A stretch of 63,825 nt of DNA, the filler included, from Intoshia linei (lineage: Eukaryota > Animalia > Orthonectida), in the NCBI GenBank assembly GCA_001642005.1. It is 10 parts of 10 records of this genome, joined end to end, with 100 filler letters (N's around TTAATTAATTAA, not from the genome) between each part and the next. Parts side by side here need not be neighbours in the genome. Positions count along the whole stretch, not along the records: positions 8,647 to 18,229 come from LWCA01001348.1; positions 18,330 to 45,413 come from LWCA01000447.1; 8 more parts are not named here. One strand, written 5' to 3'. The notes under the pieces are model-generated. The model did not search any database, was not told where the DNA came from, and saw nothing but the letters and a program-made list of their open reading frames with translations. Position 1 is the first letter of the stretch, and every line of letters begins with the position of its first letter. A program made the position numbers and the translations under genes. Of the stretch, positions 11,852 to 26,400 are shown piece after piece.

Positions 11852-12711
11852 TAGTCCCTGTGCTGTTTTACAAATCTAAAAGTTATATAAATAAACTTTA
11901 TTGAAACTACATGTGAGCAATTTAAACAATTGATATGCACCGTTGATATTGATATTGATGTACAAATTTGTTGATTTTTTTCTCAATGTTTCATTGTTTT
12001 TTTTGAGTTTTAAAAATTATGTTAATTTCCTTATTTCTTGTCAGTCAAGTTTGTAACGAATATATTTAATTGGTTTGTTTTAGTGTGTTTACGTTTTTTA
12101 GTTGTTTACTGACAATTTTGAGTAAATTTTTAACAATATTAGGTATATTAAATGAATGAAATATCATTGATATCGCGATCATTCGCATTCATTTATAGTT
12201 AATATTGTAGTTACCATCTCTTTCAATCAATATATAGAAAATTGTTTGTCTTTAGTTCTATAAAGTGATGACATTTTTTTTAAATGTTTTCAAATAATGC
12301 CGACATTAACCTAAAATAATAAATTTTTATATATTGTGTATTTTAAAAATTTTTAATAATGTCAGCTGGATATTGTGTAAACAAAAAAACCGGGATGCAT
12401 ACTTTTTAAAATCTAAATGTATTAATTATACATGAGTAGTATAATATAACATTATTAATATAATTAGGTATACATTTTCAAATTGATTTTTTTAAACTGG
12501 GTCGCCAAAAATTTGATAAAAAATAATAACACTTAATGTATACTTATTTCATTTTTTTCATATATAATACTGTAGATTCAATATAATTTCTTAATTTTTG
12601 TCTTTCAGTTATTGATAGTTGAATGATTTTATCAAAGTAAATATGTTTCATATCAAATTACTCTGTCGTGATTTTTGGCGCCATTGATAATTCAATATGT
12701 ATAACTGGTAA

Positions 12712-13050
12712 TCCTTACTTATATACTATGCTTTGTTTGTCTGTGTGTGTGTTATCGTTTATTTCAATAACTACCAGTCTTAGAATTTTATAAAGTGCAC
12801 ATTTCAATTACAGTTTTTTGCGGGGTGTTAGAAAAATAAATTTCAACCTCCCAAACTCACATCTTACGGGTCAAAAACCCTAATTGTTCTTTTTTTGAAA
12901 ATCAAACGAGTTCGATAATTTAAAAAAATATATACGCTGATAAAGATTTTAAAATCATAAATATTATCATAAACTTAAATTTAAAAAAATATTTCTTCAA
13001 AGTCAAAACCACAAATTACCCTTTTTTTTTTAATGAAAACAGCTATAAAT
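12712..13050 (+). mobile_element. Helitron 5' portion
   Basis: A|TCCTTACTTATATA...TTTGTCTGTGTGTG...AATAACTACCAGTCTTAGAA, shared with 43013 and 53663. Confidence 0.7.
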
Positions 13051-13173
13051 ATAATGCTAATAATACATAAAAAATGTAATGAATTGACTTTTATCTAGTA
13101 AAAATTTTTTACGGACCAATACTGGTCCGCAGATCGGTATTTGAGGAACGCTGCCCTAGCCACCCCTTTAAAA

Positions 13174-14482
13174 CAGTGATTCCCAACGTGCGGTGTGCGC
13201 CACCGGTGGGGCTTAGAAAATTTGAGTGGGCTTCTGAATATTAAGTTGGGCTTTAAAAATTTAAGAAAACAAAATAATTGATTAGTTATCCATGATTTCT
13301 ATTGTTACAAATGCATTGATAAGCTCAATTTTTATAAAATTTACATATATTTTTAGAGGTATTTATACATGCGTTTCTGATTACAATGATGATCAGTGAT
13401 CATTGACCACATCACATTTATATCAGGAATTTATCACATTTAACTTTAAAGTTATAACATATAACTACCATTGAAACACAGTGGTAAACTTCACCAGGTA
13501 AAGTTACAGCAATGATAATTTGTGAACAAGATATACTAAAATTTGTAAATTCGCATATTTTTGATAGACTAAAAATATTTACACCAAACTCAAAAATCAC
13601 AAATTAATTTGGTCTATTGTATGTTATATTTAGGTATATTAAATTTTAATTTAACTTTTTACCCCAGTTTATTGCGCAATAATATATAAACATAAAAAAT
13701 TATACATAAAAAATCTGTTAGGACACCACATGAAAATATTTGTTATAAATTATGGTAGGGTAAGAGCCGTCTTAAGCCACTTCGTGGCTTTGGGCTAAGC
13801 AAAGGGCCGGAGGCCCTGTACAGTTTTGAGCGAAGTGATAAAATTTTTTTAGAATCCCTTTTTAGAAGACAGGGCATACTGTTGGTTGGAGACTTAGAAT
13901 CTTATTTCATTAGATTTCCTACTTTCTTGTTTGAATATTTACTTTTTAGAAAGGTTGTAATTCTCATTAGAAATAGTTTTTTTTGTCAATATTATTATAA
14001 ATTATGTATTATCCAATTATCATGAAAGTTTGATTATAATAACAGTTGAAAATTAATAAGAGAAAATCATAGATTTCCTACTTTCTTTTTTGAATATTCA
14101 CTTAATATAAAGGTTTTAATGTTTAATATTATTATTTGAAACATTTTTTATGTCAATATTATATGATGAACATTGTAGAATATATTTTAAATTAAATAAT
14201 TACTAGAACTTTGATTCTTTAAACTATTTTCTTTCTAGCTATTTGAATTCCCACACTTCAAAACTGTTTCGTAAGATAAGAATGTGAAGTATTTTTTAAT
14301 AAATTGGGGGCCTCTTTTTAAGATATAAATGTAAAGTACGTTTATTAATTTGGTGGCCTTTTTTAATGAGTGGCCCTGGGGTACACCCCATATTTCTCAT
14401 GCCTTAAAACAGCTCTGGTGGGGCGTAGAAATTTTGTAAGGATAAAAGTGAGACATGACACTTAAAAGATTGGAAAACACTG
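13174..14482. mobile_element. hAT (Charlie-like) non-autonomous element with a nested second TIR element at about 13762-14417
   Basis: Outer TIRs CAGTGATTCCCAA / TTGGAAAACACTG with ctttaaaa/ctctaaag flanks. Inner TIRs AGAGCCGTCTTAAG / CTTAAAACAGCTCTG. Confidence 0.65.
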
Positions 14483-15036
14483 CTCTAAAGCTATTGATGT
14501 GACATTTTCAATTTAACACACAAAATAGTTTCATATTCAAGTATAATTTAGATTTTATAATAATTTCGTCAAAAATTACAATTTTTATATATTTGAAAGA
14601 TGCCTTAAAACTTGAAATCTTATAAATATTCTATTAATAACCCTACCAAATTTTGCGATAAAATTGGATTAACCGATCCAATTTGAGAAATACTGATATA
14701 GCATTGAAAAAATGCCTTCTTGAATTTTATAACTATTTGGTGTTATATTTAAAATTTAAAATTAAGAGTCTTAGAAAGGTGGCTAGCAGATAAATGACAC
14801 TACGAATCGTTTGCAAAAAAATATTTTGAAACCTATTTTTAATTTTACGATACACTTGGACTCTGATTGTCGCCTTATTAAAAAAATTAAATAAATAAAA
14901 TGTCGCTCATATTTAATGAAGCCTTTGCCATCCCGGTTAAAACACTGATTATATGTCACTGAGATGAAGAGATATTTAAAATTTATTTTTGAAATAATTA
15001 AAAATAATTCTAAAATTTTTAACAATTATCACAAAA

Positions 15037-15939
15037 TTAAGAATCGAATCTACAATCTTTAAATGTACATCTATTGTTATTTAATTGGTTTTCCACATTT
15101 GTTGGATTAAATAGTTGAAGATTTTGATAACCCATAACTTTTGAGCACATTTGATCATAGTTTTTGTACATGTCATTCAAATAATTTACATTATATCCAT
15201 TATTGTTGGTAATATTATGAGAAAAAGAATCAACCATTTCGCTGCACTGTAAATTTTTTGAAGTGTCTGAATCACTTTGAATATGAGAATGGTTGGATAA
15301 AAAAGAATTTCCATTGACACTTGAAAATCTATTACTGTCCTTCACTACTCCATTATTAAAACCATCATACATTTTATCATAAGGATTAAACATGTATTGA
15401 TTAACATTTTTGTACAATTGCAACTTTTTTTGATAATTAAAAAAATTAATCCTATCGACTATTCTATTCTTTTTAAAAATCCCGTTCTCGAAATCTTGAA
15501 TACAAGCTACATGTAGAGACCAATAATGGCTTTTTCCTTTTAAAACATTGCTATTTTTGACAAAACATTTGAATAAGGATAAATTGTGTCGTATGCTATT
15601 TTTCCAATTTGTTTCATATTCATTTTGCTTGAAATATGAAAATTTTGTTTTTATCCAATTGTATATTTTATTCAAAACCATTTTACCAGTTTCTGAATCT
15701 AATAAAGCCATAGCTATTATTGCTAAAAAAGATATAGGTGGTTTTAGCTTATTATCCATTTTTGTCAATTCGGTCAGTATTGTCTTCCATTTTCCTTTCA
15801 TTATATAAAAGTTATTGGGTTGATTTAAATTTTGTCCATTTTTAAATTTATTTTCTAATTGATTATTACATTAATATTTATAATTTTCATTACCTAATTT
15901 AAATTTGACTTGGTTATTTTCATATTCACATTGCTCCAT
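15037..15939 (-). CDS. FoxQ2: Forkhead transcription factor, FoxQ2-like (main exon includes the 15037-15801 ORF; a short upstream exon is inferred, possibly another to 16002)
   Basis: Forkhead domain KPPISFLAIIAMALL...WKNSIRHNLSLFKCFVK...GKSHYWSLHVACIQDFENGIF. The HxACxxDFxxGxF tail is FoxQ2-like. Confidence 0.75.
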
Positions 15940-17129
15940 ATCTTTATCTCCATCTATATTATAATTAATCAAATTATTACCTTTTTCATGATTAAAATTC
16001 ATTCTTTAATTATTTAATAATTTCAATTTTAAACAAGCGTCGTAAAATTTTATTTAGTAGAATGAATTCAATGTATGATTTTATGTAAATTACTACACTG
16101 TTAATCTAATCATCCATACATGAGTAGGATATTTTTGAATGGTTATCCAATTAATTTATTTTTAATTTTAAATTTCCAGATTAAATTTATTAATGACTTT
16201 ATAAATTGGTATAGTACTTGTCATTGTATTCGCCAATTATTGTGTCTGGCATTTACATGCATTTCTTTTTCGTTTGACATACATTTTGTCCAACAGAGTT
16301 TGCTTTATGTAAATAATGGTGACATTTCTGTTTTGTAACAAATTAATATTGATATTGTTTATGTTTATAAACATTAATACTTTATGTTTTCAAATGTCGT
16401 TTAATCCTTTTTTAGTCGGTTTAATTTTTTTCAATTTACTTTAGTTATTTTCACAATTTTGTGTCAATCTTCAAACTATTCTTAACATGGTGTATATTTC
16501 ACTGACTACGAATTTACTTCAGTAATTTATAATGACTAAAAAAATTTGTGTTCAATTTAAAGAAATTTAAGTTTAAATTAAAAACTAAAAATCATATTGT
16601 AATCATTTTATTTTGGTGAATATTTATTCATGTGAATTTGCATATGTCACACATTCAAATTTCCTTAATTTCGAAACAATCTATTACCACATGAATTACA
16701 TTATTTCAATAATAATGTTTCCACTTCTCGAAGACATTTTAAATGAATTATGTCAAAGTGTGTAAAATTTAGTGTGCGTCTAATAGCAAAATAAAAAAAG
16801 TTGAAAACATATTGTACAATGTACATTTTACTGTAAAATTGGTAGGACTGCTCACCATAGAGCAGTGTTTTTCAACTTTTTTTACTACATTATAATATAT
16901 TATAAAAGAAGAATACATTTAAATTTTTATTTTTCAAAAACGTAGTAAATTTTGTTTTTTCCGGTAAAGATGCGAATTTTTGAGAGTGAAATTTATCTTA
17001 CTGGTTGTACGAGAAAAAACACTTACTTAGAATTTGTGTTTTTTACTTTCTGGGACTGTTTCGACAAGTCGGCTTAAGATAAGATAAAAAAGATTTATAT
17101 TTTTTTTACGTATAATCAAAATATTACTT

Positions 17130-17778
17130 TTTTGATAATAATAATATCGTTTCCAAATAAAAAAAATTAATACTAAAGTGTTTTTTAACCGTGAAGGCGT
17201 CACTTTGTCAGATTGAAATTTTTTGTGTGTGTTAACTGGATGTAGCTTTATCAACTGTAATTTTTAAAAAATTCAAGGACTATTTTCATTTTTTAAACAA
17301 AAGAGTAATATGGAGTTTTTATAATGAAAATACACTTTTTTGAGGTTGCCATTCATGATAATGCTTATGATTTTAATAACTATTCCAGAATTGACGTTTT
17401 TTTACATTTTTAGGTGGATTTTATATTTAAAAAATAGAAAATTGGATTTTTAGCGCTGAAGGACTCAACGTTGGGAAATAAAAACGTAGATATAAACATC
17501 ACCTGTGAAAAACTATTAGAAATTGGTTTTTTAAATTCTACGACTGTTAATTTTTTAAATAAACTGTAAGACTTTAAAATTTTATATGTATGTAAGTTGT
17601 TCTTAATTAATTAAATTGATTAAAAATGCTACTATTCACTATTTTCAATCATTTCAAGGAGTGGTTCCCAAACTTGTTTCACGTGGACCCGTCATATCAC
17701 ATTACCTTTTAATTTAAAGTGAATTATTCCATCTTAATTTGATTTTGTTAACATTTTTGTATAGAATTTTAAAAACAA
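17130..17778 (-). repeat. Helitron-family fragments
   Basis: 17130-17600 is the inverted homolog of about 54785-55350. 17625-17778 matches about 7420-7555 and the inverted 43375-43525. Confidence 0.7.
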
Positions 17779-17779
17779 G

Positions 17780-17930
17780 TGCCCAGCCAAATAATTTACA
17801 AGAACTAAAAACCTTAATTACAAAGTATTGGTACGAAACCAGCGATGATCTTTGCCAAAAGCTTGCTTTAAGTTTCAAAAAGAGATCATTAAAACTCTAC
17901 AAAGCACAAGGAAAACATTTTGAAACATAA
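17780..17930 (+). mobile_element. Tc1/mariner transposase C-terminal remnant
   Basis: PNNLQELKTLITKYW...LCQKLALSFKKRSLKLYKAQGKHFET*, a typical Tc1-family C-terminus. Confidence 0.7.
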
Positions 17931-18329
17931 AATTGTTAAATAAATTGTTTTTTATTATTGAGTAAATACTTGTTTATCAAAAAAAATTTATGTGAATTTA
18001 ATTAATTAAATGGTGATCAATTAAGAATGAAAAATGGAAAACTATACTAATACGAATACGAGTTCAATCATAAAAATTCAAACTGAATATATTCGATTCA
18101 TTACCTAGATTATTATCATTATCGTATTACGATTTAATGCTTCTATAGATGCTTTGTGAGACATTGTACATTAAAGTGTCCACTTTTTAAACTTTCCGTT
18201 GAATTAACAAAAGTATATTTTACTGAGCGNNNNNNNNNNNNNNNNNNNNNNNNNNNNNNNNNNNNNNNNNNNNTTAATTAATTAANNNNNNNNNNNNNNN
18301 NNNNNNNNNNNNNNNNNNNNNNNNNNNNN

Positions 18330-19420
18330 GTTTGTTCTATCCACCTGAATTGTTTGTCGGTTAAGTTATTTGATTTGAATATATTGATCAAAGGTTGGTG
18401 GTCTGTTATGACCATAAAATGTTTTCCTAGTAGGTAATGACGATATTTTTTCATAGTCCATACCTGCAGCTAATAATTCTTTATTGACTGTAAAGTACTT
18501 TTTCTCGTGATGTTGAGCAATTTGCTAGCATATTCAATAACATTGTCACCCTTTTTCAGGACTGCTCCAATACTATGTTATGAGGCGTCAGTTTCTAGTG
18601 TATGACATTTATCCGTATCAGGCAAAGCAAGGATTGGTGCTGACATTAATTTGTTCTTTAAATTATTAAAGGCTAAATCTCTTTCTGAGTTCCATATATA
18701 CTTTACGTTTTTCTTTAGAAGTTCAGTCAAGATCGTTTCATCTTTAGAGTATTCCTTTATGAATTCTCGATAATAGTTGCAGGCACCCATAAATCTTCTT
18801 AGCTCTTTAACAGTTTTAGGAATACTTAAATTCTTTATAGCTATAGTTTTATCAGGGTCTAAGTGTATTCCTGCCGCGGATATAATATTTCCGAGAAATT
18901 CTAATTCTTTTGCGGCAATGTTGCATTTTTCTGGTTTTATCGTGAGATTAGCAATTTTCAATCTTTTAAACACCTCTTCCAAGTGTGTTTTATGTTCTTC
19001 AATATTATTAGAGTAGACATTTATGTCATCCATGTATGCAAAAGCAAATGATATTACAATATTTTGTCGCTGACATGTTGCTGGTGCATTGGTAAAGCCA
19101 AATGGCATTGTGTTAAATTGATAGTGTTTTTGTTGATATTCAACAGAAAACGCAGTTTTATGTTTGTCTCGAGGGTCTAGTGGAATTTTCCAGAATTTAA
19201 CCCAATTATATTCTCTTTATCAGTAATGTAGAATACATGATAATTTCCATCGTACTATTTCATATTTATGGACCCATAGCAATGAAGATGGCTACCGTCT
19301 GGACCTTTAAGTGACATATTTGATTTTATCATTTTATTCAAATTACTATGTTTGTAGATTGAAATTTTTATACAGTTTACTGCTGCACCTGTGTCAAGGA
19401 GGAATTTTATTCCATTAATC
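18330..19420 (-). mobile_element. Gypsy retrotransposon pol remnant (protease, RT, RNase H)
   Basis: LLDTGAAVNCI protease motif, MPFGFTNAPAT, YMDD, FLG, LETDAS, and frameshifted RNase H. Confidence 0.92.
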
Positions 19421-20174
19421 ATTACATAGTGATGCTTGTTTTGGTTAAGCTGTATATTAGTTTAGTAGTCAGTTGAGTACAGTTTTACATTAACTGGTGT
19501 ATTGTATATGTATGTTTGATTCGTAAGACTATCATTTAATGCATTATTTGCACCCCGGAAACTGTAAATTGTACAAAGGCATGTGTTTCATGTTCAGGGA
19601 TCCATATGCGCTTAATTCTTTCGTAATATCCGTATTCACTGATTAATGCTTCAAGATTCTGATGAAATGACAATCAAACAACCAACAAGTGATAAGTTTG
19701 AAACCAAGAGGGTAGATTCGGACATAAAATATATTTTTCTTTTAAATCAATTAAGTTTAAATTACATATTGCAGTTAAAGTAATACTCTTGTAAATATTA
19801 ATTAGTAATATAACGCCAAATATATTAAGTATTTAATGAAATTTTGTAATTAATATTTAGTTGATAATATATTTTGTGTATGGAAATTGAAGTTTAGTAG
19901 TGTAACTATGTTACCATTTGTAATCATAAATGTGTACATTTTTAATGAATGAATATTTTTATATAATCATATTCGTCTCTTTTCAATGAAATTTAGATCA
20001 ATTGCGACGACTAGATCTAGCACACGCGAAATAAACCGTCAGTTGAAGTTTATTTATTTCTAAAGTAAATACAATTACAGATTTGAAAATTACATACGTG
20101 GAATATTTACCATAATATTAAAATTCAATAAACAATAGTTGATTTTAAATGTGTAAAATTGTATAAATAGCAAA

Positions 20175-20718
20175 ATGGCAGCTTTTGAACTCACAGACAT
20201 GCAGAGTAGATTTCATTGAAACACTATTTAATAAAATTTAGAGATTGGTATTGGACTATCATCAATTGGGAGTTTATTACTATTCTTAGGCATCATAATG
20301 TTTTTTGACAGGGGTTTATTAGCAATAGGAAATGTATTTTTATTTTAAACAAAATAATGAATATTTAGATTTTATTTATCGCTGGTATTACATGTGTGAT
20401 TGGCATTCAAAGGACATTAAAATTTTTTTTTCAAATGAGAAAAATTAAAGCTACCACCTCTTTTTTTTCAGGAATACTCATTTTATTACTTGGTTGGCCA
20501 CTTATCGGTATGATTGTTGAATGTTATGGTTTTGTTATGCTTTTCAGGTTAAATGACATATTTACATGTCTAATTTTTATGTTTAGCGGATTTTTACCTA
20601 TTGGAATCAGTTTTCTTAGACGTATACCTATTCTATCATTTGTATTTCACCTACCTGGAATAAACAAAGTAAACTTTTAAACAAAAATATTTATTAGATA
20701 AAATTAATGAAAATTTAA
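20175..20718 (+). CDS. GOLT1: Vesicle transport protein GOT1/GOLT1, about 5 exons
   Basis: Spliced MAAFELTDMQKIGIGLSSIGSLLLFLGIIMFFDRGLLAIGNILFIAG...RTLKFFFQ...GWPLIGMIVECYGF...FLRRIPIL. Last exon boundary uncertain. Confidence 0.93.
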
Positions 20719-21982
20719 CAAGCATGGCAATATTTATACTTATCCCTATTTGACTCACTACATTGTTTTCTTTGTTTTAATTTTAATGAATTATAATATC
20801 AGTTTAGGTTACACGAAAAATTGGAGAACCTGATGGGTTAGTTTGATATAACATATTTTGTATATAAAAAGAAAAATTTAATAAATATTTTAATCTACAT
20901 TATAATGTAATCTTGGTATATTAATCGTCCTATACAGTGTTGGCTCTTAGAATTAGAGTCTATTTGATCTCTTTGGGCCGATTCAAGTTTTTCATACTAC
21001 AAAATTTGCATTATTATGATGTGTGTAGTTAAAACATGTTAAAATGTTGGAATTGTTAAGACGGGAAATATTTAAAATGTTTACAACTTTATAAAACTGC
21101 ACAATGGCCATCTTTAAAATGATTTAATTTAAATTTTGTGTTTGCTTTATTGAACAATGAAATATACCATTTTACGTCAAACTGAAAAAGTTTAAAAAGC
21201 AATTCTCGGTCATAAATTTAAATTATATATTACCATATTTTTTTTTACTTTGTTTGTTAGTTTGATTCGTATAGTTTCATGACATTACAAAAATATTATA
21301 GAAAATTTAATATTAAGGCTCTATTAAGAAATTATAACATAAAATATACACTATATTTTAAAATACATTCTCAAAAGGAATGCATCATAACTACGCCAAT
21401 GTTAGCTAAAAAAATAATCACAGTGTATGGTAATGTTGAGAAAATTAAACTCTATCGGATGTGCGTAAAAATAATGCGGTTAGAATTTAAAAACATGACA
21501 TTATTAAAATGTATAACGTAAAATTTACGTTATTTACGTCGTAAATCATAAGTTCAATTCATAACTATTCTATGCGTTTTAATTCAATAACATTTTATGC
21601 GTATTTTGAATCGAGTTTATAGTTTAATTACAAAATAGATTTTCTTAAATAACTGTTAACTACATATGTGACTATTCTTATGTATGTACTTATCTCACTA
21701 TTCAATATATTACACAACCCAAATTATTCGAAATATTTACAAGAATCAACAAAAAACTGATGTTCAAATTTTATCATATTTTTTGCGCGTAACGCCGTAA
21801 CAAATTTTAACTGTAAATGTACGTTTTAGTATTTACTTATATGCAGGGGTGGTACCAGCAATGCTGTATTTTGCTGTCCGTACAGCAATATTTTACAATC
21901 AAAATCGTTTATTTTAGAATTTGATTTTGCTTTAAACTAAACAGATTTAACAAGATAGATTGACAGATTTGTATATCTATAA

Positions 21983-22323
21983 CAGGGGTGTCAGACTCAA
22001 TTTGCTTGGCGGGCCAAATTTCAAAAAAAATTATTACGCGGGCCGCACAAAAAAATCTTTACTTAAAAAATTATTTTTAAACTAACAAATTTAATTAATT
22101 TATAATAATTTCAATTCATAAAATAAAATATGAAACAATAAAAATGGAGTAAGTGTACAAATAATGTTAAAATTGTAATAATGAATGAATATATCATGAA
22201 AAATATATGAAAAAACTGTAAAATGAAAAATATGTGTAAAAAATTGTTATAAAAAAATAAAAATTTATGTTATAACGCGGACCGCACATTTCATAATTGG
22301 GGGCCGCATAATTGACATTCCTT
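21983..22323. mobile_element. hAT MITE
   Basis: CAGGGGTGTCA ... TGACATTCCTT ends, GGGCC subterminal motifs, perfect 8-bp TSD ATCTATAA. Confidence 0.85.
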
Positions 22324-23401
22324 ATCTATAAGAATAGTTTAATTTAAAGTGAATTTATATATCGTTAAAGTTTCAAAATGCGTGTTAAATTAGTTTGAAA
22401 AAATAAATTGTGAATATGTAATCTATGCAAAATAAAACTAAAATATATTAAGTTAAGCGGCTGTAGAAAGATGTTTTTCGCAACACAGAAATATTCACTT
22501 AAATGTTAGAAACAGCCTATTTGGATCAACACTCGATGATTCTTTATATATATAATATAATTGGAAGAATATATTGTTATTATTATATATTGTTATTGAA
22601 TATAATGTTAATATTTAATTTATTTGTGTCTGTCAAAGAAAAAAAACTTACGAAGTGATGACACATTTTGAAAAATACAATTAATTTAATAAAAAATTAC
22701 TTAAACTAATGTTTAAGGGGTAAACCAAATGCGTATTATTCCTAAATTTTCATTTGATTAACGACACATTATTTATTAACAAAAAGTTTAAGTACATATA
22801 AGTAACACTTATTAATGAACCTATAATTGTTAATTAGCAAATTTCACGTATATTTCATAGAAATTTTTTTCTAAATCGTATCGCTTCTTGTATGGACAGT
22901 AAACGGTTAACAAGGTTTTAGTGATATTTTAATTTTACATATGCTAAAATTCAATATAATATATGAAATCTTATGCTGGAAAAACAGTCTTGCTGTACCG
23001 TTGCAGCAGCCGCTGTTGTTGTTACTAGCCAACGTCGATGGTACCAGCAATTCCAATTATATTACAATTACAATTATCATTTTATTATATGTATCCAGTA
23101 TTCCAGTAGGCCACTTAAATTGAAATATTTCTATTTTATTTACTAGATAATGGCTCTATATCAGATTTTATTCAATGGCAATTTAAAATATTTTTAGCAA
23201 AAAGTTATATTTTTGATTTTGGCGACTTTCTCAAAATGGATTTATACTTTTCCATGTCAAAGTGAATTTTGTGCGGTCGTAGTATCAATAAGTAAAGAAG
23301 CTTTGCTACTGAATTGATGCAAATGTTGTGCACCCTGCACTAATGTGAACCCATATATACTATTTTATACTATAAACAATGTTTTACATTTGACTTTATA
23401 T

Positions 23402-26400
23402 TTAATTATTTCCCCAATAATTATTAACATTTTGATTTAGAGATTTTAATTTTGATGGTGTTGGAAATATGGATGAATTGAACAAGTTGGATCTATTGTA
23501 CGCTAATTTTTTGGTATCACATTCATAATTCTGTACAGATGGATTAGAAAAAACATCATAAGACCCATTTAACTGAGTATTTTTGTTGATTGTACTCAAC
23601 AAGTCAACATTTGGACGAAATTTGGAATCTAAATTAGAAATAAATTATATTTAATTTATTTATATACATTTATTTATGTATTTTTAAATTAAATTACCAA
23701 GTTGATAATTTAGAAATCTAGGTTGTTCATTCATGTTGGTGCAATTTTTACCATTTGGCAAAAATCTTTTATTTTGAAACAAATTATAAGCGTTTGAATT
23801 GAGATTGTTGATTAATGACATTGGAGGACGATAGCCTAAGATTGTATTAATTTTTAAATTTTTATTGACAATACCAGAAAGCATGCAAGAATAAGATTTT
23901 TCTATTGGAGTTATTGGCATATTTCGTGGGAGAGATGTTGGTTTATAAAAGTTGGTCCATGTATTTTGACAACTAATTATAATTACATGTATAATATTTT
24001 CAAAATTATGCAAAATAATAATCTTTTGACATAAAAAGATTACATGTATCAAATACAAAAAAATTGAATTAAAATAGACAAGATTTTGTAGCAAGTTATG
24101 AATTTTTAATTTAAATAATTTTGATTCACGTCATAATGACGTCATCATTCGTTAATTAATTATTTAAATGCGACTATATATTAATACTGTATATATAAAT
24201 GTGAATTTAATAACATACATTTGTATAATTATAATTAATTATTATAATTATATAATATAATTACAAAAATGTATATTTACCCATTCAGCTGATTATTCGA
24301 TGGAATAATTTGATTTTGTAGAATTGACTGGTAGGGATTTTGGTTATTTAATGTACTTGAAAATTTTGGTTCATTATTATACGAAGTATTTGGTGTCATG
24401 TTTAAATCATTTAGAGAACTATGATGTAAAAAATTATTATAGTGACTATTGAGATTCATTTGTGGGTTATTTTTCGTATTTGATGATATTGTTGCTTTAT
24501 TTTGATTTTCTGGATATTTTATTACTTCATCACGTTTTTGTTGTCTAAATTTTTCTTCTCTTCTCCATTTTGCACGTCTATTAGAAAACCAAACCTGAAT
24601 TCTAGCTTCATCTAGATTTATTTTTCCAGCTAAACGTTCCCTATATTATACGTTAAATTTAGTTTCATTTTTATTTACCTAGCAAAAACGTCAGGGTAGT
24701 GGGTTCTTTCAAATTCTAAATTATGAAATGTTTATTTAGATATTTCAACATATATGTACCTTTTTCAAGAGACTCTATTTGATCCGTATTGAACGAAGTT
24801 CGATTTCTTTGTAATTTACGTTTTAAGTGCATTCGAGCTTGTTCATCAGCTTGAGGTGCATCTTTGGCTATAAATTTCAAATTACCAAAATTTTTATAAT
24901 TTTAACTTTAATTTTAATTAACAAAATTTTAATTTTTATGTAAATTAAAATACAAGTTTAATTAAATTTTTTTCAGAGGATATCAATTAACTAATAATAT
25001 AATATTATCATTAAGATTAAGATAACATTAACATTATTTATTATTAACATCATTATTAATAAGGTGCGAGAATAATTGAAAATTCAAGATTTAACGCTAG
25101 GTAATTATACTCTAATTACATGAAAAATAATTACAAATGAAAGTGGAATGTTAAATATAAACTGATATCAGACACTTAAATTGAATTTTATCAAAATTTT
25201 TAATTTTTTTTGTATATTTTTAACTATCACAAGTTTCAATAAATAGAATCTTGTTTGTACTTTTGTTAGCACAATTCTACTACTATAATTTTAATTTTTA
25301 CTTAATGTTTTTTTAAGTTACAAAAAATCAAAATTAGAGCATCAAAATCTATCAATATATTGATCTAAGTAGAGGCGGCGCATAGTTTTCAAAGCTGCGA
25401 TTATAGTGATCATCTATCAATATCAAATTAAATGAAATGTCAATTTCTCGAGGATGTTTCAATAATTTTTGTTATAAATTTGCTATTAAACATGGTTTAT
25501 TCGCAATGTTTATATTATTTCAAAATAACGTTATGGTCCCTGATGCTATATTTCCACCACTATTTATGTTATAACAACAACAAAAATTTATTGTTGGGTA
25601 TGAGTGAGTTCGAAATAAATTGAGACGTGCAGAAAACAAAGAATTTTGCATCAATGGACAATGTCCATTAGACATTGCTTGAAGTGAATTTTTTGTCAGA
25701 ATTAATTCAAAAATGTACTTTCACGCAGATAAGTTGACACATCTTAGCATAATACTTTCAAGGCATTTTTGGCCATTTCTTTTTTGTTTTATTTCCAAAA
25801 ATAACCCAAAATCAATTATTGTTATACCTTATGAAAAAACCTCCAAGTGGGATGTCAATTTCTGTCAATTGTTACATTTCTCCATTAAGAAAAGATGACA
25901 TGATGGTAATAATAAACATAGATGTTTCCATATGATTAATTGTATTGTTAGTGTACTGCGTGTGCTGATTTGTGGTACACACTCAACTAAATATCTCGAT
26001 ATAGACAAATTCCATAATACACTTTCTGCGCCCAAAATTCAATATATTTTTTATTTGAATGTTATAATTTTTAAAATTGACTAAAAATATCACATTCTTT
26101 TCTTTGAAACTTGAGTTAACTGGGACCATTAATATCCCAGTAGAGTGGGACATGTTGAATTAAAAACTAGATGTGAATTTTTGTTGTAGAAAAAAACTCT
26201 TTGAAAAAAAAAAGAAAATCTTTATAGTCTCGAATGGTTTTATTGATAAATGGTATTATAGGAAAATGAAAACACTCTTAAGAACACAATGGGTGTAAAA
26301 GATGGAAAATTTATTCCAACCCCAATAAACGTGCGTGATAATTTTATAAACCATATTTGTGGTATTTATACAATATCGTACATCTGATATCTTGCGTAAA

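Noticed and set aside
13900-14130. ~160-bp period duplication
   Set aside because: Lies inside a nested TIR element; ordinary TE-internal duplication.
22880-22900. ATCGCTTCT resembling the U2 snRNA 5' end
   Set aside because: The match ends after about 9 nt, with no branch-pairing GTGTAGTA region.
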